Of a stretch of 64,000 nt of DNA, positions 40,733 through 49,755 are shown in pieces. Under the pieces are notes generated by a model that saw only the letters and a program-made list of their open reading frames with translations, made no database searches and was not told the origin of the DNA. The number at the start of each line of letters is the position of its first letter. The first letter of the stretch is position 1. A program made the translations under genes and the position numbers. Where the stretch lies: IMG/VR virus record IMGVR_UViG_3300030102_005172, positions 54,053 to 118,052 of that record; one strand, given 5' to 3'. The stretch comes from a virus.

Positions 40733-41569
40733 TTAACTAACAAAATCAAGTCTTAATATTATTGTAAAACCAAATCCTCGTGACCTTGTGGTTGCCATTC
40801 TATTAATAAATAAATTTAATCTATCATTAGCACTAAAACTATATGATGAACCAAAAGTATAAGTTGTTGGAACACCTGCCGTTGCTGAAATTGAACCACC
40901 TATTGCACTTCCTAAATTTCCAGATTGGTTTTTCCATGTTAGTTCAACTTCACCACCCGTTGCAGATTGATGTGGACTTACAATTACTTTTTCTACATAT
41001 CCATCTACGGGAACAACATATTGCCAATAACCAGTTTGAACATCACCATCTATTTGGTTTATATTTGCAAATGGGATATAACCAGTTGTTTCAGCTGCTT
41101 TTAGTACCTCACCATTTGTATGTATTATTTGTTTTTCTTTTGTTGCGTCAATTAGACCAGTAATTTCAACACCACTACTCTGTACTCTTAATTTTGTACT
41201 ACCACCTCGTCTAAGATGTACTTCATCACTAGCATTTAAAAGTAATTTAGTACCTGAAGTTGTAGATTCTATGTCAGAACTTGCTCCGAAGTTCACTTTC
41301 TTATCTGAAGATAGGTTTATTTCATCTGCAGTAGTGATATCACCACTAACTTGTAAAGAACCTGTGACTTGAACACCAGTATTATTTGTTTTTAATCTTG
41401 TTGAACCGCCTGTTACAAGTACAATAGTATTACCTGCACTAAATCCAAATTTAGTGTCTGTATCACCTAAGTGTTCAACATATTGTGGTATAAGTATTTC
41501 ACCTGATGCGGTGATATCATTCAGTACGGCGTTACTGCCTGATGTAATAAGTTTTTTCCAATTTGGCAT
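40733..41569 (-). CDS. putative fibre/virion protein
   Basis: MPNWKKLITSGS N-terminus, beta-rich Gly/Ser/Thr composition. Confidence 0.7.
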   Translation of the reverse strand: MPNWKKLITSGSNAVLNDITASGEILIPQYVEHLGDTDTKFGFSAGNTIVLVTGGSTRLKTNNTGVQVTGSLQVSGDITTADEINLSSDKKVNFGASSDIESTTSGTKLLLNASDEVHLRRGGSTKLRVQSSGVEITGLIDATKEKQIIHTNGEVLKAAETTGYIPFANINQIDGDVQTGYWQYVVPVDGYVEKVIVSPHQSATGGEVELTWKNQSGNLGSAIGGSISATAGVPTTYTFGSSYSFSANDRLNLFINRMATTRSRGFGFTIILRLDFVS

Positions 41570-41584
41570 ATCCTAATCCTCTTT

Positions 41585-41636
41585 GCGGTTGGTCACTCTA
41601 AAATGAGCCCACTTCCCTTTCGGGCCAACAACCAGG
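41585..41636 (-). ncRNA. candidate structured 5' leader RNA (three-way junction)
   Basis: GC-rich island: GUUGG/CCAAC, CCC-GAAA-GGG, GCUC-AUUUUA-GAGU; lies between a late-type motif and the RBS. Confidence 0.5.
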
Positions 41637-41684
41637 TTTTACTTTAATTCCTATGTATATAAGTATTAAGAAAAAAAGAAAGAA

Positions 41685-41876
41685 TTATCCTTTTATTAAA
41701 GTATCACCTTTTTTTGGTCTTCCTCGTTTCGGAGTTTTAAGAAAATCTATCTCCATTTGAATTTTTTGTTGAAGATTTACCATCATTTGTGCTTCAGCAC
41801 CTGTAATTGGTAATTTATTTAGAGCGATTTGAATAACTTTCAAATCTTGTCCATCTAATCCTTTGTATTCTACCAT
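41685..41876 (-). CDS. small helical protein with AT-hook-like KRGRPKK tail
   Basis: 63 aa; resembles neighbour 41879..42064. Confidence 0.65.
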   Translation of the reverse strand: MVEYKGLDGQDLKVIQIALNKLPITGAEAQMMVNLQQKIQMEIDFLKTPKRGRPKKGDTLIKG

Positions 41877-41878
41877 AA

Positions 41879-42064
41879 CTATTTTAATTTATCGTGTTCG
41901 TTTTGTAATTTTACTGCTAATTTATAGATTCTTTCAATGTCTCTTCCTTTGAAAGTTCCATTTGATATTAAAAATAAGAGAACCTCAAGCTCGTCTTTAC
42001 TGAGCTTGAGGTTTGTCTCTTTAATAGGTTGTTGTGTATTTTCTTGTTGTTTATGATTTGACAT
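41879..42064 (-). CDS. small helical hypothetical protein
   Basis: 61 aa, LSKDELEVLL..FKGRDIE..LAVKLQ. Confidence 0.65.
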   Translation of the reverse strand: MSNHKQQENTQQPIKETNLKLSKDELEVLLFLISNGTFKGRDIERIYKLAVKLQNEHDKLK

Positions 42065-42084
42065 AACTTAATTTTTTAATTTAT

Positions 42085-43797
42085 TTACACATAGATATAA
42101 ATCTCATTTGATTCTATTCTAATATTACCTGCGTGGTCTGCTTTTGCAGTTGCTGCGTCATCTGCATTTCCTGAGAATACACCTGCTACATAGTAACCAG
42201 TAGTTCCAGCTGCAAAGTTAGAAGTACTATTGTGAGCAACATCAGTTGTTGATACTGCCAAACGACCATCATTACTATTAAAAGAATAATCCCAAATAAG
42301 TGCTTTACCTTGTTGTGCAGTTCCACTTGTTCCACCAAATACAATACCTGCGTCTTTTGCAGTTGAACCAGAGTTAACCAAAATAAATTGGTCTTCTACA
42401 TTCAAGTTTGTAGTATTAAGTGTTGTTGTTGTACCATTAACTACTAAATCACCAGATAATGTTAAATTAGCAAATGCTACATTATTACCTGTTGCTAGTC
42501 CTTGGTCAATTGCTTTAACTGCTGCTAGGTTAGTTAATTCAGAATCCATTAATGCTCCAGCTGCCGTTACATTAGTCGCATCTGTTACATCTGCACCATC
42601 TTCTACATTTAATGCAGATAACATTTCAGTTTTATTTAAACCTTCTACATCTGTTCCGTTGATTCTTAAGAAATCATCGTCTGCTACATCAGCTGCTGCG
42701 ATTAAAACATTTCCTTCTGAAATACCACTTGCTAATGATTTTACAAATGCAAGATTTGTTACTTCTGAATCCATCAATGCACCTGCATTTGTTACATTTG
42801 TAGTATTTGCAGTTAACTTAGCGTCATTTGCAGTTACTCTTGTACTAAATGAAGCACTTGCTTGTACGAATGAACCTGAAATTCCTGCTTTTGTTAATCC
42901 TTTAACCAATGCTAAATCAGTAACTTCTGAATCCATCAATGCACCTGCTGAAGTTACATTTGCAGTATCAGTAACATCTGCATTATTCTCAACACTAATC
43001 ATTGTTCTAACTTGTGCTGCAGTCAATGCGCTTGGTGCTGCTGAACCTTCTGATACATTACCTAAAATCCTAGCGTCTGCAATATTTGCAAGTTTCGCTA
43101 ATGTAACACCACTATCTTTAATTCTTAGTGCGTCTGAGTTAAGTTCGATTGTTGAATCATCAACACCTACTGCTAATGAAATAGTTCCATTACTTCCTGT
43201 ATTTACAGTAAATGAACCACCACCTGATAAACCATTACCTGCAGTTATTGTGATTGTTGAATCTTGAACACCACCTAATGCAGATACCTGCGCTGATGAT
43301 GATACTAATCCTGCACCTAATCCTGCTAATGCGGTTGCTGATAATGAACCTGAGATTCCTGCTTTTGTTAATGCTTTTACTGTTGCGATTTCTGTAAGTT
43401 CAGAATCCATTAATGCACCTGCACTTGTTACATTTGCAGTATCAGTTACATCTGCTCCGTCTTCAACATTAATTAATGTTCTTACATTTGCAGCAGTTAA
43501 TTCACTTGGTGCTGCTGAACCACCTGAAACATTACCTAATATTCTATCATCGGCGATGTTTGCTATTTTTGCGAGTGTTACACCACTATTTTTTACACTA
43601 ATGGTTCTCGCACCAGAACCATCATATGTGGTTCCTGAGTTAAGTTGGATTGTCGAATCATCTACCGTCAGACTATTTCCAACTTGGGTTGCCGTCCCTG
43701 TTACATTACCAACTAAATTTCCTTTGAATCCGGCGGATGCGGATACATTAAGAAGGTCGGCACTTGAACCTGAGACAATGACTTTTTTCCATCCCAT
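42085..43797 (-). CDS. tail fibre-like protein with internal repeats
   Basis: Four (ADVTD..)NVT.AGALMDSE units; GDLVVNGTTTTLNTTNLNVED fibre motif; SD AGGAG. Confidence 0.75.
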   Translation of the reverse strand: MGWKKVIVSGSSADLLNVSASAGFKGNLVGNVTGTATQVGNSLTVDDSTIQLNSGTTYDGSGARTISVKNSGVTLAKIANIADDRILGNVSGGSAAPSELTAANVRTLINVEDGADVTDTANVTSAGALMDSELTEIATVKALTKAGISGSLSATALAGLGAGLVSSSAQVSALGGVQDSTITITAGNGLSGGGSFTVNTGSNGTISLAVGVDDSTIELNSDALRIKDSGVTLAKLANIADARILGNVSEGSAAPSALTAAQVRTMISVENNADVTDTANVTSAGALMDSEVTDLALVKGLTKAGISGSFVQASASFSTRVTANDAKLTANTTNVTNAGALMDSEVTNLAFVKSLASGISEGNVLIAAADVADDDFLRINGTDVEGLNKTEMLSALNVEDGADVTDATNVTAAGALMDSELTNLAAVKAIDQGLATGNNVAFANLTLSGDLVVNGTTTTLNTTNLNVEDQFILVNSGSTAKDAGIVFGGTSGTAQQGKALIWDYSFNSNDGRLAVSTTDVAHNSTSNFAAGTTGYYVAGVFSGNADDAATAKADHAGNIRIESNEIYIYV

Positions 43798-43900
43798 TTT
43801 TTTTCTCCTATTAATTTATTATTTTAAACAACTGGTACACAACAAAGTACCAACCAAAACTTCTTAATTATACATAATATAAATATGTATTAATTTTTTA

Positions 43901-44563
43901 TTAACTATCACCTATTCCTATAAAAAGATTAGAGGCTGAATAGAATAATGCACCTTCTTCATATGTAGGTGTAGAACTTAATTCTTTAAACTTAATGACA
44001 TTACTAACTCTAACTGAACCTGTTATATCTAAATTATTAGTAGTTGATTTGAAAGAACCTGTTGTTGTAAAGATTCCACCAAAACTTGAGCCAGTAAAAG
44101 TATTCAATGCAGCAATACTTGTATTTGCTGAACCTGTAAAATTATTTAGTGGTGTGATTACACTACTAACACCGCCTTTAAATGTAGATGAGTTAGTATC
44201 TAATGTAACAGTCGCTGCACCACTCGTTGCACCACCACTTAAACCATTTCCTGCGACAACACTTGTGATATCACCACCGCCACCACCGCCACCACTAATA
44301 CCTAAATTAGTAGTATGGAATGAAGCGGAATCATCTGTTCCGTCATAACCTGGCGTAGAGAATGCAACAAACTTTCTTGTAACATATAATTGTTCGGTAT
44401 GTTCTACCCAAATTATCTGTCCATCTTTAAGTCTGTCGTGATATATACCTGTCATGTCTGAAGCAGAAGGTACAGTAGTCCAACCACCTTGTACATATTG
44501 TACTGATGTAAATGAACCTGAAGCCCCACTTCTTACATAAATATCACCTGCCGTTGTTGCCAT
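43901..44563 (-). CDS. putative virion/fibre protein
   Basis: GDITSVVAGNGLSGGATSG motif, poly-Gly hinge. Confidence 0.7.
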   Translation of the reverse strand: MATTAGDIYVRSGASGSFTSVQYVQGGWTTVPSASDMTGIYHDRLKDGQIIWVEHTEQLYVTRKFVAFSTPGYDGTDDSASFHTTNLGISGGGGGGGDITSVVAGNGLSGGATSGAATVTLDTNSSTFKGGVSSVITPLNNFTGSANTSIAALNTFTGSSFGGIFTTTGSFKSTTNNLDITGSVRVSNVIKFKELSSTPTYEEGALFYSASNLFIGIGDS

Positions 44564-44580
44564 CTATTTTCTTCCTTTTC

Positions 44581-47500
44581 CTATGGTGCTGACGCTGAGT
44601 CAGGCATTAAATAATATCTTGAGTTATTTGTATTTTCACCTTCTGCAAAAATCATTCCCCATTTTGAATATCCTTCTACTGCATTTTCAGTATTGAAGTA
44701 ATATACACCCGTTCCAATTGTACCAGGTATGGATGCGTCTTTTGCATATACATAGTATTCATTTGCAGTACCCGTACTATCTGGCGGTACTCCATCATAC
44801 ATACTTACAGGTTTACCACCTTGATTCGATGCCGATGGGAATACTACGATTAATCTTTTTGAACCACCACTACTAAAGTTTATATATCCAAAACTTGATA
44901 GACCTGTTGCGTTACTATCTGATAATGTTGCTTTAGATGAACTTCCAAATAGTTGCATTGTACCACCAACATATGTTGGACTAAATGTTTGACCAAGTGA
45001 ACCACTTTGTAGTTTTGCGATTACTGAACCTGCTTCAATATCTACTCCATCACCACCACTATCACCCATCGATGCGATTGCTGCTGCTTCACTTGCCGCA
45101 GAACCACCATCCCATCCGTAAATATATGTTTTAGCAACAGGGTCAAGAATTGTTATACTTCTATTGTAATTTCTTGACTTGTTAAAGTTATCATGTATAG
45201 ATGCGGTATAGTTGTAAGTTGTACCAGTACTAATTGTTCCTGCACTTTGTAGTTGATACGATGATGAGTTTGCATTTTGGGGTACAAGTTTTAAATTACT
45301 TGCGTGTGCTCCACTTAATGAAGCTGAGAATGGTGTATCTGATTCTGTATCTGTTATAGCAATCGTTGTAAGATTTGTTGATGCCGCAACTGATGCGGTC
45401 ATGTTTGCACCTATTTCAGTAAATGTTGCAGTTGGTGCTTGATTAGCAAATATGTTTACTGTTAATGAACCACTTCCTACATTTCCAAATTGGTCTTGAT
45501 ATCTAATTGTTGATGTAAATCCATCACCACTTGATGAAGGTGAACCACTAACATGGATTGCCATTGTTAGGTTACCACTATTATCAATCGCAATATTACT
45601 ATTGGATGATGTAAATGATTGAACTGCTGCTGAGTTATATTGTGGTGAATAACTTACTGTTAATTGAGCTGGGTTTCCACCACCAAAACCAGTTGCGTCT
45701 CTAATTACAGAACCACTTAATGCAGATTCTATAATGTGTGATTCTGTATCACCACCTAAAGTACCTATTCCTGCTTGTGCTATGGTTACACTATGTTTAG
45801 TAGTACCTGTTCTAAATCCATGACTATCTTTTATAGATGCGGTCATTTGATAAGCAGAACCACTTAAATTATTTTTTGGTTGTACTAAGTAAGTATCACC
45901 AGATTTATATGCGTTTAATTGACCACTTGGGTCTGTAAAAGTAAATGAGTTATGATTTAAAGAATCACTCTCTGTATCTGTAAATGATATTGTTGTAATT
46001 GTACTACCACTTCTTGCACCATTAGTATTTAAGTTTGCAGATGTATTACTGAAACTTGGAACAGGCGCGTTATTGATAACAACTGCTATATTTTGATTTA
46101 CATATTGTTTAGTTGTTTCAAATCCATGTTCTGATGCGGTTAATTCTACTGCGATTGTACTTCCACTTGAATATGCTGAACCACTTAGGTTACTTGCTAA
46201 CCTTAAAGTAGTACTTGAACCTGTTGTTGCTGATAATCCAATTAAATTACCTGTTGATTTAACTTCCCATCGTTGAGATACGCCTGATGACCATTGTCCA
46301 CTTGTTCCTGTTCTACCATTTGAACTAATTTTTATTTCATTACCACTTGTTGCTGATTCTATGATATATAAATTGTCCCAATTGTCAGATATTGCACTTG
46401 CTGCGTCATCTGCGATGTTAATTCTTATTAAAGCGGTATCGGATGTTGTATTAAATGCGTCTTTTACTGTTACTTGATAAAAATATCTATTTGCAACATC
46501 TGAATTTAAGAAAACTCCATTCTTTCTTGTTACTAAACCTGCAGAACTACATTGGAATGGGTTTGAACTTGGATTATATAGTGAAGTACCACCTAAAGAT
46601 GAGGTAATATTTGAACCACCATCTAAATTTGCCTCTTTTAGTGTGAAATTACTAAATACTATTGTGTCACCTGTTGGGTCTGTTGCAGTTATTGTTCCTA
46701 TTTCCTCACCATCACCAGTATTTTCATTTATACTACCTAATGTTTGGTCATTTACTGTTGGACCAACATTATCAACCACTGCTATTTGGAATGGTAAGTA
46801 TGCAATTGCTGAAGTATCGTCACCACTTACATAGTGTTCGTCACTTGCAGTTAAAACTAACTCATATTTTGGAGTAGTTTCGTAATCTAATGACGCAGTT
46901 GTCTGATTTAACTGAACATATGTACTTGCTTTAGTAAATGTGAACCCACTTGGTACTGAACCACTTCCTATTGTTATAGTATCACTTTCATCATCAGTAA
47001 AATATACTCTAACTTTGTTGTTTGCTGCAGTTGAGTTCTCATTTAGTGATTGTGTAAATGTAGTTACTACTGAACCACCGACTGATGTTTGTCTCCACTT
47101 AGGAGCGGTGTTAGGAGTTACCCTAATGTATATTGTTTTTGAACCAACACCACTAAATGTATCTACTGCCTCTACTAAGAATGGATGTGAACCACTACCT
47201 GGTGTACTATCAGTATTTAAAGATGATGTTGATTTAGTATTTAGAGTTATTGCACCTGCTGATGATATTCTAAACTTATCATCAGTATAAGAACTTGCAG
47301 TTCTAAATGTAATTGATTGTCCCTCTGCGTCTGTTGCGGTAACCGTACCAACTGCCGAACCACTTGCTACAAATTCACCGATTGTAAATCCATTTGTTGT
47401 GATTGATGGTACTGTATTTGGGAAAAATACCTTTTCTACAAACTGAGCTAATGAACCACTTGTTCCTTGATTAGTATTGTAAACACCTGCAGGTAAATTT

Positions 47501-48930
47501 GTATTAGATATTACTCTATTACCATCAAATATTGTAAAACCTGTTGCGAATGAAGCGGTTGCAACTGACATAGAGCTTGTTTGAGCATTTGATATTGCAG
47601 AACCTGTAAAAGTATTTAATGCAGTTATACTTGTACTAGCGGAGCCAGTAAAAGTGTTGAGTGCACTTATGTCAGTAGAACCACCACCACCTGAACCTGT
47701 ATTGGCGTTGTCAATATAGATAACACCACCCATGTTTGCGTGAGCAGTACATTGATAATACAATACTCGTGGTGAATCAAATTGTACATTCCAAGTTAAT
47801 GTTCCATTTGAAACATTATTATTTGTTACACCATCATTATATGCCGTACCTGCCGAACCATTTGGAGTTGATTGAATCCTAAATGGATGTGCACCCATGT
47901 TATTAATAAATTTATATTTTTGACCTCTTGTTAAGTAAATTGTTGGGTCATTTTCTGCACCTGTCAAACCTGGACCAGTAAATGTATAATGATTAGACCC
48001 ATCCGCTCCTAATGTCCATTGTGCAGTATAATTACTTAACTCTGCTACTGAGGATGAATCAACACTTGTAATTGAAACTTGTGCTGATGAAGATATAATA
48101 CTTGCACCTAAACCTCTAATTGCTGCAGCTGATAGTGAACCTGATATGTCACTTGATATTTGTGCTGATGAAGATAATATTCCACTTGGTAATTGTACCG
48201 AAGATGATATCAATCCACTTGGTAATTGTACGGAAGATGATATCAATCCACTTGGTAATGATACCGAACTTGTATTGATTGTAACTGTAATTGCGTTGCC
48301 AGTATTGGTTGCCGTAACCGCGTTACCTACAAAATCAAAACTACGAACTACTTTACTTAATGCACTACCTTCGTCTGATGCGGTTATGTTTAATCCTGCA
48401 CCACCGCCACCACCGCCTGCGAGTGATGATAGGTCTACTGAGTTTCCACCTGAGATACTCAATGCATTTGTTCCATCATTAAAAGATAGTGTTTGTGAAT
48501 CTGTATTTGTATCACCACCACTTCCAAACCCTGCAGCTGCCGCACTTGCTGAAGTTAAGTAACCTGCACCTTCAACACTTGTTAGTCTTGTTGCTAAAGA
48601 TGATGAGGTATCACCAAATGCTCCTGATATTTCTGCTTTTGTATAATTGTTTCTCGCCTCTAAAGATGTAACTCTTGTAGAAATTGAAGATGATATTGAT
48701 GGAAATGTTGTTTGTCTAAAAGCGTTTGCTGCTATTAGTGAATTTTTTTGAAAAGCAGTAATTGTTTGCGGTCTATTCTGTATAGAGTTATATTCTACTT
48801 GATTTGAACTCGATACTGAACCCGCTGGAAGGTTTGATATTACTTGTGCGGATGATGATATAACTCCATTAGATGATGTTATTTCGCCAAAAAATGACCC
48901 ACTAAATGAACCTGAATAATCAAATGACAT
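44581..48930 (-). CDS. large adhesin-like virion protein with a cupredoxin-like domain and cadherin-like repeats
   Basis: GAHPF...YYQCTAHANMGG; cadherin signatures ATDAEG, LDYE, INEN..G.EIGTITATD. Confidence 0.8.
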   Translation of the reverse strand: MSFDYSGSFSGSFFGEITSSNGVISSSAQVISNLPAGSVSSSNQVEYNSIQNRPQTITAFQKNSLIAANAFRQTTFPSISSSISTRVTSLEARNNYTKAEISGAFGDTSSSLATRLTSVEGAGYLTSASAAAAGFGSGGDTNTDSQTLSFNDGTNALSISGGNSVDLSSLAGGGGGGAGLNITASDEGSALSKVVRSFDFVGNAVTATNTGNAITVTINTSSVSLPSGLISSSVQLPSGLISSSVQLPSGILSSSAQISSDISGSLSAAAIRGLGASIISSSAQVSITSVDSSSVAELSNYTAQWTLGADGSNHYTFTGPGLTGAENDPTIYLTRGQKYKFINNMGAHPFRIQSTPNGSAGTAYNDGVTNNNVSNGTLTWNVQFDSPRVLYYQCTAHANMGGVIYIDNANTGSGGGGSTDISALNTFTGSASTSITALNTFTGSAISNAQTSSMSVATASFATGFTIFDGNRVISNTNLPAGVYNTNQGTSGSLAQFVEKVFFPNTVPSITTNGFTIGEFVASGSAVGTVTATDAEGQSITFRTASSYTDDKFRISSAGAITLNTKSTSSLNTDSTPGSGSHPFLVEAVDTFSGVGSKTIYIRVTPNTAPKWRQTSVGGSVVTTFTQSLNENSTAANNKVRVYFTDDESDTITIGSGSVPSGFTFTKASTYVQLNQTTASLDYETTPKYELVLTASDEHYVSGDDTSAIAYLPFQIAVVDNVGPTVNDQTLGSINENTGDGEEIGTITATDPTGDTIVFSNFTLKEANLDGGSNITSSLGGTSLYNPSSNPFQCSSAGLVTRKNGVFLNSDVANRYFYQVTVKDAFNTTSDTALIRINIADDAASAISDNWDNLYIIESATSGNEIKISSNGRTGTSGQWSSGVSQRWEVKSTGNLIGLSATTGSSTTLRLASNLSGSAYSSGSTIAVELTASEHGFETTKQYVNQNIAVVINNAPVPSFSNTSANLNTNGARSGSTITTISFTDTESDSLNHNSFTFTDPSGQLNAYKSGDTYLVQPKNNLSGSAYQMTASIKDSHGFRTGTTKHSVTIAQAGIGTLGGDTESHIIESALSGSVIRDATGFGGGNPAQLTVSYSPQYNSAAVQSFTSSNSNIAIDNSGNLTMAIHVSGSPSSSGDGFTSTIRYQDQFGNVGSGSLTVNIFANQAPTATFTEIGANMTASVAASTNLTTIAITDTESDTPFSASLSGAHASNLKLVPQNANSSSYQLQSAGTISTGTTYNYTASIHDNFNKSRNYNRSITILDPVAKTYIYGWDGGSAASEAAAIASMGDSGGDGVDIEAGSVIAKLQSGSLGQTFSPTYVGGTMQLFGSSSKATLSDSNATGLSSFGYINFSSGGSKRLIVVFPSASNQGGKPVSMYDGVPPDSTGTANEYYVYAKDASIPGTIGTGVYYFNTENAVEGYSKWGMIFAEGENTNNSRYYLMPDSASAP

Positions 48931-48996
48931 CTATTTTCTTCTCCAATTAAAATACTTTTACCTATATAAATAGTTTATTATTTTCATAAAATAATT

Positions 48997-49659
48997 TTAT
49001 TCGAATGAAAATAACAATTTTAAAACTTCGTCTAATGATTCATGCCTATGATTGTCTTTTAAGTTAACAGTATAAACATATTCAGATTCTTTCAATTTAT
49101 GAACCTCATGTACTGCTGAATCATTTGAGAATTTCAAATCAATTTGTTGAGGGTCACCACATAACATCATTGTTGAATGTTTACCCAATCGACCCAATAC
49201 CATAGCTAGTTGTTGTTTTGTTAAGTTTTGAAACTCATCTACTATAACTATTGAATTATCAAAAGTTCTTCCACGAAAATGTGATAAAGATACTAATTCA
49301 ATGTTTTCGTCTGATTCCATCTTTTGTAAGATATTTGGTTTATTGTAAACCTTTCTCATATTAGAACGAATCGGTACTAACCAGGGTTCCATTTTTTCAT
49401 CCAATGAGCCAGGCAAGAATCCATTATCTTCATTTGATATCGTTGGTCGTGTAATCACTATTTTGTTTACTTGTCTTTTAAAAAAACTATCTAATGCAAT
49501 TTGTACTGCCAATAATGTTTTACCACTACCTGCTTTTCCTAAAATAAAATTAAATGGATGATTTCTAATTTGTGCTTTTGCGAGTTTTTGTTCTTCGGAA
49601 AGAGTGATTGAAAATCTAACATTTCCTTTTGGTGCTCTTTTAGTAATATTTTCTGGCAT
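48997..49659 (-). CDS. phoH: PhoH-family ATPase
   Basis: GKAGSGKT, ITRP, GFLPG, RGRTF, DEFQN, GDPQQID; start moved to MPENI, which follows AAGGA. Confidence 0.93.
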   Translation of the reverse strand: MPENITKRAPKGNVRFSITLSEEQKLAKAQIRNHPFNFILGKAGSGKTLLAVQIALDSFFKRQVNKIVITRPTISNEDNGFLPGSLDEKMEPWLVPIRSNMRKVYNKPNILQKMESDENIELVSLSHFRGRTFDNSIVIVDEFQNLTKQQLAMVLGRLGKHSTMMLCGDPQQIDLKFSNDSAVHEVHKLKESEYVYTVNLKDNHRHESLDEVLKLLFSFE

Positions 49660-49701
49660 AGACAATCCTTTTGTGGTTTCTAATAAATATGAGTTAGGCA
49701 T

Positions 49702-49730
49702 AAAAAAAGGGTGACCGAAGCCACCCTTTT
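49702..49730 (-). terminator. intrinsic terminator after the major capsid gene
   Basis: AAAAGGGTGGC-TTCG-GTCACCCTTTT-TTT (cUUCGg loop). Confidence 0.9.
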
Positions 49731-49755
49731 AATAACATAAGCGTTAATCAATTAA

